Assembly (NCBI RefSeq): GCF_006345805.1
Contig: NC_043003.1
Coordinates: forward strand, 100,192,001-100,256,000
Reading direction: 5' to 3'
DNA length: 64,000 nucleotides
Origin: Octopus sinensis
Lineage: Eukaryota
The translations under genes and the position numbers were made by a program. Below, piece by piece: positions 40,861 to 54,149 of the stretch. The notes under the pieces are model-generated. The model had not been told where the DNA came from and searched no databases. It worked only from the letters and a program-made list of their open reading frames with translations. Position 1 is the stretch's first letter; the number at the start of each line of letters is the position of its first letter.

Positions 40861-43800
40861 GAGATACTGGTTGCTAACCCATGTTGCAGCACTAAAATAA
40901 AAAAAAAAAAAAAAAACCAGAGGCAGGATGGTTAATGAGCATAAGATATTGATCTATTGTGACTGAATTCAAATCTGTTGCATGGTGTTTCTAGGGAAGA
41001 ACTCTTTAATTTATATTTCCTCAATGGAAATCTGCCTTAAACCAAAATCAATCGTCTCTCTCTCATGCCTACAACCATGAAAATAGATCTTGGCTGTTCT
41101 CACAGAGGTGACCAATCCAGGCCAATCATATCAACATACACAAACACATGCCATCCCTCAACTCTGAAATATTCCCATTCTCACAGAATTCAGACACAAC
41201 CAAATTCCAATGAACTGTGTTAACATACCCAGCCACAAATTTGTATAATATAAGTACAGATGATTACATCTACTGTAACATGGAGTTAAGCATAAACATT
41301 AAGGATACTGAATAGGTCTTCAGTGTCATAGTGTTGCACCCAGTTCCCATCTATCAAACTCCCTCATAAGGATTTGATTGGCCCAGAGCTATATTAAAAG
41401 ACACTTGCTCAAAGTGCCATGCAGTGAGACTGAATCCAAATCCCTGTAGTTGAGAAGACACACCAGCACCTATAAGGAATGCTTATAGCAATTAGGTTTC
41501 AGCATCAGATGAGAACTAGTTTTCACCTTGATATCTGTGTGTGCGTGCACAAACACACACATGTATATACTTATAAACATATATATATTGTGTACACATT
41601 CAAACATATGTACACACACACATATATGCATATAGTTATAAACAAATATATAGTGTATACACACACACATATAAACATACATAAATATATATTCACACAC
41701 ACACACACTTCATAAACTCACACCTGAGAAATAAAGGCAGGATTGAAATGTTTATATTTTCTGTGCAAACAGCAATAATTCATCCCTGTGTGATTAGCTT
41801 AATTGCTGTAATTCCAAGAGGAGAAAATATTTGTGATACTCATGCACCTCCAAAGGACATTGGCAATATATGAAGTGGAAGTAAGAATAATTATAACCAA
41901 CACATCAAAAACAAGGCCATGCACTCTGCAAAAAGTTTATCTTCTCTGCATAAATACAGTCTGTATGTCCTAACAGATTTATGTCTTTTGTATAAGTAAC
42001 AAACACCAAACAAAAAGCTATTAAAAGTGGGAGGAGTAGTAAGAGGAGACACTCACTTTCTTATAAAGCTACAACTAAAAGGCATGGGAAGAAGAGGCGA
42101 AGTGTAGTCAATGTCTACTGAAAAGTTAGAAAGGAAAGTGTAAGTCCATAAAGATACAAAGATGTGTGTGTATGGTGGTGGGGAGTAAGGGTAGGTTTAA
42201 GTAATGCTTGTTGAACCAAACATGCAGAGTGAGATATCAAATCTGCTACTTTTCTCTGAAACAATTTACATATTCGCTGTACCAGCTGGTTTTCTAAAAG
42301 GACATTTGTGGTTTAGTTTGTGTTGCTTACCAGTTTTACTACAAGTGACATACAAACACATTATGTATGCATACCAGTACAAGCTCACACCAACACATGC
42401 AATTTAAACAACTATTTTAGTATATCCTGTATACAAACAGGACACACTATAGTAGTATTGTTTCAAAAAGTTCAAGTTTCCATAAAAAGCTCAAACCAAA
42501 CACATTTTTAGGACATTCTAAAACACCAATTGCCTTTTGTTCCCTGAAAAGTTAACAAATAACAATGCCTTGTGGGAAGACGAGAAAGCAGGACACTTTA
42601 GAAAACAAGAAAACATAACTGAAATATCTGGCTACAAACAAAGAGAACCCAGGTGTTCTGGGTGAAGTTTAGAAGTGCAATATGTTTGAGTCTTACTTAT
42701 CCAAAATCAGCAGTTTTAAGACATCTTGTGGTATTATGGAGACATTTTCCATTTACAAAATCTACTCCCAAGGTATTGGTTGGTTCAGGGCTATAGTAAA
42801 AGCCACTTGCCCATGTAAAGGAACTGAACACAAGACATGGGCAGGAAGCAAGCTTCTTAACTACACAGCTACGTCAGAGCCTATCCTGATGCAAATTAGT
42901 TAAAAATTATCCGTTTAATGTCCATTTTTCCATGCTTGCATAGGTTAGATGGAATTTATTGAGGCAGATTTTCTACAGCTTGATGCTCTTCTTGTAACTA
43001 GTCCTCACTTGTTTTCATTCAAAGAAGGTAACATTTTCCCAAGGCTGGACAAATTTTTCACAGAACACTGGAAATGAACAACACTTGTATGATGGTGATG
43101 CTCCTTTACAACTGTCAACATGTCAAGAGTTTCTTTTCGTTTCCATCAACCAAATCCACTCACACTCACAAGGCATTGATTGGTCCAGGGCTGTAGTAGA
43201 AGCCACTTACCCAAGGTGCCATATAAAGGACTGAATCCAAGACCTGGCTGGGAAGCAAGCTTAACTACACAGCCATGTCAGTGCCTATCTTGGTGCAAGT
43301 TAATTATCATAAATTATCAAAAGGGAGGAAAAAAAAATTGGTCTCTCTCCACTAGTACAAGATGTGGAGATAGGATTTTAGCCACTTAAGTGAAACTGAC
43401 ACAAAAGTTGTATTTTTCTTGTAGACATCAGCATGATGAATGGCAAAATTTGACCACCACGTCCTGGCCTGGTAAAGTTTAGAAACAGTTTCTCATAGTA
43501 AAGTTAAGTTTCTGCAAAACATAGCTGATTTATCAGTTCAGCCAACTTTTTAATATTTTATCAAAAATAAAAACAAACGAATGGCAGGGGCAGCAGAGTA
43601 CTAAATTAGAAGTATTTAGTTATGTACAACTACATTCTAGATTTCAGCTCTTTAGAATCAAAATATGTAGTCATAAACTACCTTTAGAAATGTATTGCCC
43701 CATATACCAATGTAATAAATTATCATAAATAATGATTTATAGATGCAACCATGACTGTGAGGTAGAGAAGATTACTTCCCAACCATGTGGTCTCAGATTC

Positions 43801-43921
43801 AGTTCCACTGCATGATATCTTGAGCCAATATCTTCTATTGTAGCTCCAGGCCAACCAAAACCTTTTGAGTAGATTTGGTAGATGGAAAGTGATAGAAACC
43901 TGTTGCGTATGTATGTGTGTG

Positions 43922-43959
<38 letters not shown>

Positions 43960-44679
43960 ATATATGATAAAATCATCTTCATTTAACATTGACATTCCAT
44001 GTTGGTATGGGCTGGACACTATGAGACAATCCAACAGGTTCAGAGACTGCATCATGGTGCTCTGATCCAGCATGGTTCTACAGCTGGATATTTGTATTAC
44101 TGAATAAACATGTTCTGTAATTGACAATGAACACATCTAAAATTATATATCAGACTGAAGGTGAAATAAAAACATGAAAACCAAAGGTCTTGGTTGTTGA
44201 CAACATTGTTTCACACTTTTGTTTCCATATTTGTTGAAATATGCTACCTTTGCTTCCATTGATTTTGAAAATAATGTTAGTAAAATAATTTGTTATTACC
44301 AAGCTGGTATTTGGAATAAAAATTAACATGGAATTTTGATAGAATGTTCTAATTCAAAAAAACCTTAAAAACAGGAAATTTGTTTCATAGAACCAGGGAT
44401 GGTCTCAGACATGTTGATAGTAAAACAATTAATGGTCACTGTTACAGCTACATACACAACCCCACTGGTCATTATATCATATAGAAAAAACAGTCAGGTA
44501 ACCAATGTAGACAGCACTGTAATGGCTACAGTTAGGTATATACTAATATAAATAAGCAACATCATATAAATGACTGCTATATACAAACTATTCAAACCAT
44601 AAATCTTGTAATGGGGTCACAAATATATGAGCCAAAAACTGATTTAAAGAAGAAGAAAAAAACAGATATTAAGCCAGCA

Positions 44680-47035
44680 ATTTTAACAGAAGGGGATAGT
44701 CAATTACACCAACCCCAGTACTTGACTTTTATCAAACCCGAAAGCAGGAATTGAACTCAGAATATAAAAAGCCAGAAGATATGCCACTTATTATGATTTC
44801 AAATTCTAGTACAAAGCTAACAATTTCAGGGGAGAGGATAAGTTAATTACATCAATCCCAGAGTTCAACTGGTACTTAATCAACCTTGGTGGAATTTGAA
44901 CTCAGAATGTAAAGATGGATGAAATGCCACTAAGCATTCTGAGCAGTGTGCAAATGATTCTGTTAGCTTGCCTGGTCTCTCATTCAATAATAATAATAAT
45001 GATAATGGTTTCAGATTTTGGCACAAGGCCAGAAATTCTAGATGATGCGATTAGTAGATTACACCAACCCCAGTGTTTAGCTTATTTTATCAACTCTGAA
45101 AAGAAGGTAAAGAAATGCCACTAAATGTTATGTCTAATGCAGTAACGCTTCTGTCGGCTTGCAATAACAATAATAATAATGGTTTCAAATTATATCACAA
45201 GGACAGCAACCTTGGGAGAGGGGATTAGTCGATTACATCGACCCCAGTGCTCAATTGATACTTATTTTATTGACTCCGAAAGGATGAAAGGCAAAAATCG
45301 ACCATGGCAGTATTAGAACTCAGAACAAAGCGGCAGGCGAAATACTCCTAAGCATTTTGTCCAGCGTGCTAACAATTCTAACTCGTTGCCTTAATAATAA
45401 TAATAAAAAATGCAACAGCAAAACATTAGTGTTAAAGTTCTAGAGAAAGAGTAAAAGAAACTCCCCCAAATATAGTAAAATTAAATAACACTAAGAATTG
45501 GAAGTTGGAAAACACTTTTGATTTGTTTAGGACTTTCCAGAACATAAATAATGATAGTTTCTTACAATATTATTTCACAACAATCACATTAAATTCATAT
45601 TATTTCCAATGTTGATTATTAACACAAAGAAAAAAGATTAAAAGAAAAAAGAAACCCATTATTTATGAAAAAATAGTGAAATGCCTGTCATCATGCTAGA
45701 TACACTACTTTACAAATTAGGCCATTTATATATATATCATTAGAACTGATGAATTTACAATGTTGCTATTATCATAAATCACTCTACCATGAAATAGAGT
45801 AATACACCTTCTAAGCAGGACTCAATGACTGAGATCAGGTTGCAATTTATTTACATGTACTTAGCTTCCGATCACCTTAGACTAACAACTACACTGTACC
45901 TCCAATAATAATAATATTTAATAATAAATGTCCTTTCTACTATAGGCACAATGTCTGAAATTTGGGGGAAGAGGGACAGATTATATTTGACCCCACTGTT
46001 CAACTTATTTTATTGACTGTGAAAGAATGAAAACCAAAGCTGTCTTTGACAGAACTAGAACAGACTGTAAACATCTGGAAAAATGCCACTAAGCAGTTTG
46101 TCCAATATGCTAACAATTCTGCCAGCTTGCCACCTTAATAATAATAATAATAATCCATTCTAATATAAGCACAAAGCCTGAAATTTGAGGGGAGAGGACT
46201 AGTCTATTACATTGATTCACTGGTACTTAATTTATCAACCACAAAAGGATGAAAGGCTGAAGTAGACCTTGGCGAAATTTGAACCCAGAATGTAGCAAAA
46301 TACAGCAAAACATTTTTCCCAGCATGCTAACAATTCTGCCAGCTTGCCACCTTAATAATAATAATCCATTTTAATATAGGTACAAGGCCTGAATTTTAGA
46401 GGGGTGGGATGGTTGATTACAAACGGTAAAGTCTATCTCAATAGAATTTGAATTCACAACATGAAGATGATGGACGAAATACCACTAAGCATTTCACCTG
46501 GGAAATTTAGGGGAAGTGATTACACTGGTGCTAGTGCTTCACTGGTACTGTATTTTATTGAACTTGAAAGCTAACCTCAATACAATTTGAAAGCAGAACA
46601 TAAAGATCTCAAAGAAAAGTCTCTCAGCATTTTGTCTGACATGCTAATGATTCTGCCAGTTTACTATCTTAATCATCATCATCGTCTAACATGTTTTCCA
46701 TGCTGGCATGGTTTGGACAGTTTGATAGGAGCCTGTCAGATGGGGAGCTGTCCAGACTCCAGTTATCTGTTGTAGCATGGTTTCAACAGTTGGACGCTCT
46801 TCCTAATGCCAACCACTTTACAGAGTGCATCGGTGCTTATGCGCCAAGCACAAAGCCCAAGATCGTATGGGGAGGGACTAACTGATTACATCCATCTCAG
46901 TGCTCAGCTGGTACTTATTTTATCAACTCTGAAAAGGCAAATGGCAAAGTTGACCTCAGCGTCATTTGAACTCTGATCATAAAGCCAGATGAAATACTCA
47001 AGATTTTGTCCAGTATGTAGATGATTCTTGCCTTC

Positions 47036-47073
<38 letters not shown>

Positions 47074-47290
47074 CCCTTTTTACTAAAAGTACAAATTTTG
47101 TGGGAGGGGCTAGTCAATTATATCAACCCCAGTATGCAATTGGTACTTAATTTATTGAGCCTTTCAGGGTCAATAAAGTTGACCCTAGCAGAATTTGAAC
47201 TCAGCATGTAAAGACAGACGAAATGTCACTAAGCACTTTGCCCAGCATGCTAATGATTCTGCCAGCTCACCGCTTTACAATAATAATCTT
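44680..47290 (-). mobile_element. Cluster of ~10 tRNA-type SINE copies, mostly head-to-tail, separated by (AAT)n
   Basis: Recurrent ~200-bp unit with A/B-box-like head and a core resembling GCCTTTCATCCTTTCGGGGTCGATAAAATAAGTACCAG. Further plus-strand copies near 34055-34260, 35520-35660 and 61250-61690. Confidence 0.8.
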
Positions 47291-47619
47291 TGAACATAAG
47301 CACAAAGCAAATTCTAGTAGGTGTAAAGACAGTTTGACAGCAGTATATGACCACTTCTTACATTATAAACACATGAAGGACAAAAAGCAAAGATGACTCA
47401 CTAGTATCTGAACTAAAGGTTTTAACTCAATACCAGAAGGAATTTTACCTGAAGTGATAGGATCATATACCAGCTCATCTGGTAGAAATTATTTCTCATT
47501 TAGGAACCATGAAAAAGTTTAGTCGATTACAATGACTGCAGTACTTGAATTGTACTTGATCAAATGTCTTCTATTTGCCAACCAAATGAATTTGGTGGAT
47601 GGAAACTGAAAGCCCATCA

Positions 47620-49200
47620 TGTATCACCATCATCATTTAATGTTCCTTTTTCCATGCTGGCATGGTTTCTACAGCTGGATGCCACAAACCACTTAACAGA
47701 ATGTATTGGGTGCTTTTATGTGGCACCAGCCTTAGTGAGATCACCAAGGACCCACAAGATAAGACCCCTCAATTGAGTAGGGTATAGACTGGAGACAAAA
47801 ACTATAATAGACTGAGAGAGGAGCAGGTATCTTGCTGAAGAGGTGAATACATGGCTTGCCCACCTGGAAAGTGAGGAGAAAAAGAGAGAGGAAGAAAGAG
47901 ATGTGAGGTCCAGGTACAACATGAATATGAGAAAGAATAGGAAGCGCACTGGGTATAAATAGTGTGACAGATGAGATAGGGAATGAATTGGATGCAGATG
48001 ATATCAGTGAAGGAAATAAAAGATGAGTTGTGGAGGAAGGCTTGACAGGGCTTCAATTCTACTGAGATTGGCATTATGCTGTGCTTGAGAAGACCTGCCT
48101 TTCATCTCAGTTCCCTGTCATCTCCTCTAAGAGGTTCCACATCTTGAGATCAGTCTACCTCTTCCGCATGCTCCTTCTATGTTTAGCAATCGACAGCTAT
48201 CTTCATCCATTCACAACACATGACCATACCAGCACAATCTTCTCTCCTCCATACCAATTCTGATGCCTCCCATGCCCTGCTTTGTTGTACATGCACACTG
48301 ACATTGCACATCCATTGGAGCACACCTGTTTAATTTCTTTCAAGTCTCCACATGTCCTCTGCATTCACAGCCCAAGTTTCAGTCCTATAGTATTGTTGTT
48401 CATACAGAAGCATCATACAATCTGCCTTTCTTTCTGAAAGAGAGGTCTTTTGTCACTAACAGATGTGCAAGTTCTCTGAACTTTCTCCAGCCAATTTGCA
48501 TTCTAGCACAATACTTTCAGAGTATCTTCTTTCATTGTTAATTACATCACTTAGATAACAGAAACTATCTACTACTTCTAGGGAGCCTCCTGGGTATTTC
48601 AGAACATCTATTTCCAGTGAGCTCTTATCATTTGTTGCTCCTGCATATCTGTCACAAACAAATTCTTTCTCTGATAACCTTCCTTTGATTCCACAGCACC
48701 ACTTAAGTGTCAATAGTTTGCACTGAGCACACTGTATGGAATTTCTACCTACACCTGTCTACATATGGAACATTTACCTGAAGGGATTAGTGTTCATTCA
48801 ATTTTCCTGCTAATTAGACCTTTAGTTTTTGTTAAGTTAACCTTAAGACTCTTTGATTCTGGGTTTTGCTTCCATATATGGAATTTTAATTCTTCTACAC
48901 TTGCAGCTATAATAACAAGGTCATTAGCATAGAGGAGTTTCTATGAGCTACTGGTCTTAAGTTCCTCCAATATGGCTTTGAGGACTATGATAATAAAAGG
49001 GGGCTGATAATTGAACCCTGATGAACTACCTGCACACTGAATTGTTAACTCTCACTTTGCTAAAGACATCCCAGTACATGGCTTGAATGGCTCTCACTAG
49101 CCATTCAGCTACTCCTAGCTTTTACAGTGACCACCAGATGAGGGACCAAGGCATCTTGTCAAATGCTTTCTCAAGGTCAATGAATGCTAAGTACATGATA
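47620..49200 (-). mobile_element. Old RTE LINE remnants
   Basis: 3'UTR at 47620-47730; decayed RT (ELLYANDL, FCYLSDV) at 48040-49190. Confidence 0.75.
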
Positions 49201-49890
49201 TGAAGTTCAACAAATAGAGCACTCAGTGTGTTTATATGAAAGTGATGTAATGATGTACCTAAGAAGATTACAACTGAGATATAACAAGTCTCTTTCCAGC
49301 CACCAAAAGTAATGTGTCAACAAGTTCAACCAGTCTACAAACAGCATGGAAAGTCAACACTGATAGTCATTTTCTTAATTCAGATTTCATCTGGTTTATG
49401 TAATATCAAGTATAACATGTTATAGTTTAATAAGGTTTCACCCTTTCTCTCTCCACACACACACAGTATGTCTTGTAACTTAGTGGCCTGATAAAAATAA
49501 GTACCAAACTGAAATAAGTACAGGGGCCAATGTGATCAACTAGTGAATAATAAAAGGTTAAACTGATAAGATTATATTCGTGCATGCGTGTGTCTGTGTG
49601 TGCACACATGCATACACATTTATATGTAGAAGAGAGAAAAAAAACCAAAGAAAAACATGTGAACAAACAAGTGCAAGTTGAGAGAATACAAAAAGGGAAA
49701 AACAAACTATGTTAAGTAATTGTTGTAATTAGTAAAGAAACAAAAACTGACTAGCAATCCTTCTAAACTTACCTGGCCCTCTGTTACATCCTGAATAGAA
49801 TAGGAAAAATATATGCTGATGGGCAAAACTATGGTAAAGTATTTCAGAAAAGAAAGGAGGGATTTTTCAATAAAAAAAAAATTAAAAAAA

Positions 49891-49922
<32 letters not shown>

Positions 49923-51297
49923 GCTTTTTTTCACACATGTATGTGTGAAGGACTGGATATGTGAAAATTCTGAAATCCACAAGAAAAAAAAATGCAAATT
50001 GGATATCAGTTTCCCATTACCTGAGAATGGGGCTTTGTTGCTGTTAAAGCTGGGCAATTCCAGTCAGTTTATGCTAGACCAGACAATAACTCATGTCCAT
50101 CATCTCAGATATACTTCAATCAATCTAAGGACAAAACACTGAAGACTGTTGTATAATGGTCAGTAGGGTTTGGTGTAGTGGTATAGCATGACAGTGAATA
50201 TTTGTTGCATTTTTGTGTTGCAGGTGGCTAGGACTATGATATAGAGCTCTTTCAGGAGACTATAGTAGAAGCAGACATGGTGTACTTAGCCAATGCATAT
50301 CAGTCTCAATTGTACAAATATTTCTGAGTGGTTGACAAGTTGGACTAATAAAACATACTACTTAGGTAAATTGGCTGTGCATGTGTAATTTGAGTTAATC
50401 CAACTCAGAAGGGACAATTTAAGATGAGACATGACTTTCGAATAGCATAATATATATTGCTGTGTTGGCTTGAACTAGTGTCTATTTCATCTTCATCATT
50501 GCTTTAGCATTCACTTTTCCATGCTTACATGGGTTAGACAGCTTATAGAGATAGATTTTCTACAGCCGGATATCTTTCCTGTTATCAATTCTAACCAGTT
50601 TCCAAGCAAGGTAAATATTTCTCTTGGCCAGTTATGTTTTTGCAGAACATTGGAAATGGCTGACAAACAATATCAAGTGGACAGACACACACAATGATGG
50701 ACATCTTTCAGTTACCATCTAACAAATCCACTCACAAGCCTGGAACTATAGCAGAAGACACTTGCCGAAGGTGACACACAGCACTCCCTGTGCTTCAGGT
50801 TTGAAACAAGTTTGCAACCTTATACAAACAATATGCAAGCAGTTAGAAAACATCTTGTCTGACTAAAGTGTATGGTTTTTACATTCAAATGTCATGCATA
50901 ATTGCACAATAAATTGCTGAGATCATAAATGGACATTTAAATTTTAGCTCAGGTGTTCAATTAAGACAAGGGGAAAATGATTGTACAAATAAATATTACT
51001 GTTATGGTTGGGGAAGAGAAACTAAAATTTACCCCCCACCCATCACTATGCAAATGCAGACATCCATCATCTACGTAAAAAAGCTAAACTCCAAAGAGAG
51101 ATCTCTACATTGACACTCAACCAATTAAAACTAACAAAATCTATCTCAAATCACAGCCTACTGATTTAAAGGGAAGAGGACATAAGATAGAAGTTTAAAA
51201 AAAAGTGGAATCTTTGATCATAGTGTTGTTCAATAAGAGGAATTCTTGGGGGCTAAACAATAAACAAATTAATAAATAAAACAATATCTAAACTTAC

Positions 51298-51434
51298 TTT
51301 TACTCCATCAGTTGAATGTAAATGATCTTTCAGCTGTTTGGCAGCATTGAGACGCCGGTCTCTATCACTCTCCTTGAGCAGACGTCGCATCAACCGGGAG
51401 AGTCGAGAGTCATCAGTAAAACTTTTCGAAGGGT
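51298..51434 (-). CDS. SMG1: SMG1 exon (first identified in window; 137 nt)
   Basis: ttttag|AC..AAA|gtaagt. Encodes PSKSFTDDSRLSRLMRRLLKESDRDRRLNAAKQLKDHLHSTDGVK, similar to recalled human SMG1 DESRLSNLLRRITREDDRDRRLATVKQLKEF. Confidence 0.95.
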
Positions 51435-51622
51435 CTAAAATATTAAGGGATAAGAGTGTAAACAATGAGAAAACATTTCAACTTTTAATATTTTAAGAAG
51501 AGCAGAGAAATATATGTGTAATATTCTTTCAACTAAAGAATAACAGTTATCTGTAAACAGAGTTTATTTGGCTGTTTTAATTAGTCAAATTATGCTAAAA
51601 CTAGCTCTGATAACTACATTCG

Positions 51623-51831
51623 CCCTTTAGCTTTCAAACTGGCCGAATCCAGTCAAAATATTCTACTTGTTTTATGTTCAAAGTGACCAAATCTACCCTA
51701 CAATGTCAGTATAAGAATAAAACAGTCACATCACTGAAATCTTAAAACTGAGATAATGCATAATTAATTCAAAACAATATGAGTAAATAACTATTACATT
51801 TATCAGAGTAATCTGAATGCTTAAGGGTTAA
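51623..51831. mobile_element. Possible piggyBac-type MITE
   Basis: Left CCCTTTAGCTTTCAAA, right reverse complement TTAACCCTTAAGCATTCAGA; TTAA present only on the right. Confidence 0.35.
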
Positions 51832-52355
51832 CAACAGCAAAGTGATATTGGTTGATTAGATAAGGTACTGAGTTACCAACTCCCAGTTTGTGGTTTCAAA
51901 GCTATCACAAATCTTTTGTTGTTTCTCAGCAAGACACTTTATTTTATAATTCAACATGTTTTGGGTCAGTTGGATGTTGGGAAATAGGTATCCAGACATC
52001 TGGGAATGTAATTAGAATCATTGACCCTATTCTCTCTTTATCCACCTTCTTGTACCTTGAGGATATGCCCGGATGACTCATCTCCACCATCATGTTCTCC
52101 AAATCCTGCTGGGGTAGCCATGTATCTTGCCTTCAACAAGATACTTGCTCCTACCCACCTACCATACTTTATCATCTTAATACCTGGCACAAAGTTACCT
52201 CCCACAAAATATATATATATATACATAAACTTACAAAGTAGACATAAAAAGATGATAAATTTAACTACTACTCCATCAATTGAAAAAGTAATGAACAGCC
52301 TCATTGGGGTCTCACCACTTGACATAATCCATAGAAATAAGCAGCCAGTCTGTTT

Positions 52356-53515
52356 ATCATCATCATCGTTTAGCGTCCGCTTTCCATGCTAGCATGGGTT
52401 GGACGGTTCAACTGGGATCTGGGAAGCCAGAAGGCTGCACCAGGCCCAGTCTGATCTGGCAATGTTTCTACGGCTGGATGCCCTTCCTAATGCCAACCAC
52501 TAGTAGTGGGTGCCTTTTACGTGCCACCGGCACGAGGCCAGTCAGGGCGGCGCTGGCAACGTCCACATTCGGATGGTTCTCTTTTCGTGCCACCGGCACT
52601 GGTATCACAGCTGCAATTTCCATTGATGTTGATCGATTTCGATTCTCACTTGCCTCAACAGGTCTTCACAAGTAGAGTTTTGTGTCCCCAGAAGGAAAGG
52701 TATGCATAAGTGGACTGGCACATCCCGGGTTATGGTCTCACTTGTCTTGCCGGGTCTTCTCAAGCACAGCACACTTCCAACGGTCTCGGTCTCTAGTCAT
52801 TTCCTCAGTGAGACCTAAAGTTCGAAGGTTGTGCTTCACCACCTCGTCCCAGGTTCCCTCGACCGCTAGGGTGTGGCACTTTTTCACACAACTATCTTCA
52901 TCCATTCTCGCCACATGACCATACCAGCGCAAACATCTCTCTTGCACACCACAACTGATGCTTCTTAGGTCCAGCTTTTCTCTCAAGGTACTTACACTCT
53001 GTCGAGTATGAACACTGACACTACACATCCATCGGAGCATACTGGCTTCATTTCTTGCGAGCTTACGCATATCCTCAGCAGTCACGGCCCATGTTTCACT
53101 GCCATATAGCATGGCTGTTCGTACACACGCATCATACAGTCTGCCTTTTACTCTGTGCGAGAGGCCTTTTGTCACCAGCAGAGGTAAGAGCTCTCAGAAC
53201 TTTGCTCAAGCTATTCTTACTCTAGCAGCTACACTTTCAGCACACCCGCCCCGCTACTGACTTGGTCACCTAGGTAACGGAAGCTATCAACTATTTCTAG
53301 TTTTTCTCCCTGGAATGTGGCAGAAGCTGGTCTCAGAGCATTTTCAGTGTTTATTGCTCCTGAGCATCTGCCATATACAAAAACTATCTTTCTAGTTAGC
53401 CTTCCTTTGACATTGCTGCACCTCTTATGTGTCCATAGCTTACACTTGGTGCATCTTATAGAGTTTCTACCTACACCTTTTCTACAGATCGAGCAGGGCC
53501 TTCTACCTGAAGGCG
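52356..53515 (-). mobile_element. RTE LINE 3' fragment
   Basis: PCSICRKGVGRNSIRCTKC..RLYDACVRTAMLYGSETWAV..WYGHV; (GAT)n tail. Confidence 0.93.
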
Positions 53516-54149
53516 TATACATAACAAATCTAGTAGCTTCTGAGAACTGGAATTATTAATTCGCAAACTATAAGTGTTTAACACCTTATTATTGGCTTGT
53601 CAACAGGGATTCCAGTCCACAAAATATCAAGATATGATAAATGTGCCTGTATATATATGTGTGTGTGGGTGTAATATATATATATACATACATATACACA
53701 CACACACACATATGATCTTTCTGTCTTGGTCTGACTGTCAACTGTCAACACCTCGTGTCCATCTCCCATGTTCCTTCATACACGCCAGCTCAATTTGATT
53801 CGTTCTCAGTTGAAAGACGCTTGTTGTTAAATTCTTATTGTTTGTATTTGTAATTATGTACCATGTTCTCTGTTTTTGGGGCTTTGTTACCGTACACATT
53901 CGCTAACTTTCTTACAAAGGGGTCTAATGCTCTTAGACTATTTTGGGGGCAACCAGATCGAACCATTTCAAGTGTAACTGCCCGAAATGGTCATGACTTA
54001 TGGGATTTGACTGATGAAAGAAAGCCAAGAACGACCCGTCTTTTTTTCCTGTCCTTCTAACTGTTGTTTTTCTTGTCCGCCTATGTATCATCTATCTGTC
54101 CAAACGTTTTAAAGCCCTCTATTGCGTTTTTGTTCCATTTATATATATA

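Noticed and set aside
52021-52200. GC-richer ORF segment near SMG1 as a candidate 5' exon
   Set aside because: Donor phase does not fit, and the sequence resembles the repeat at 20150-20350.
53960-54040. CTGATGA with a nearby ACCATTTC/GAAATGGT hairpin
   Set aside because: No GAAA and stem II in the correct order, so it cannot be folded as a hammerhead.
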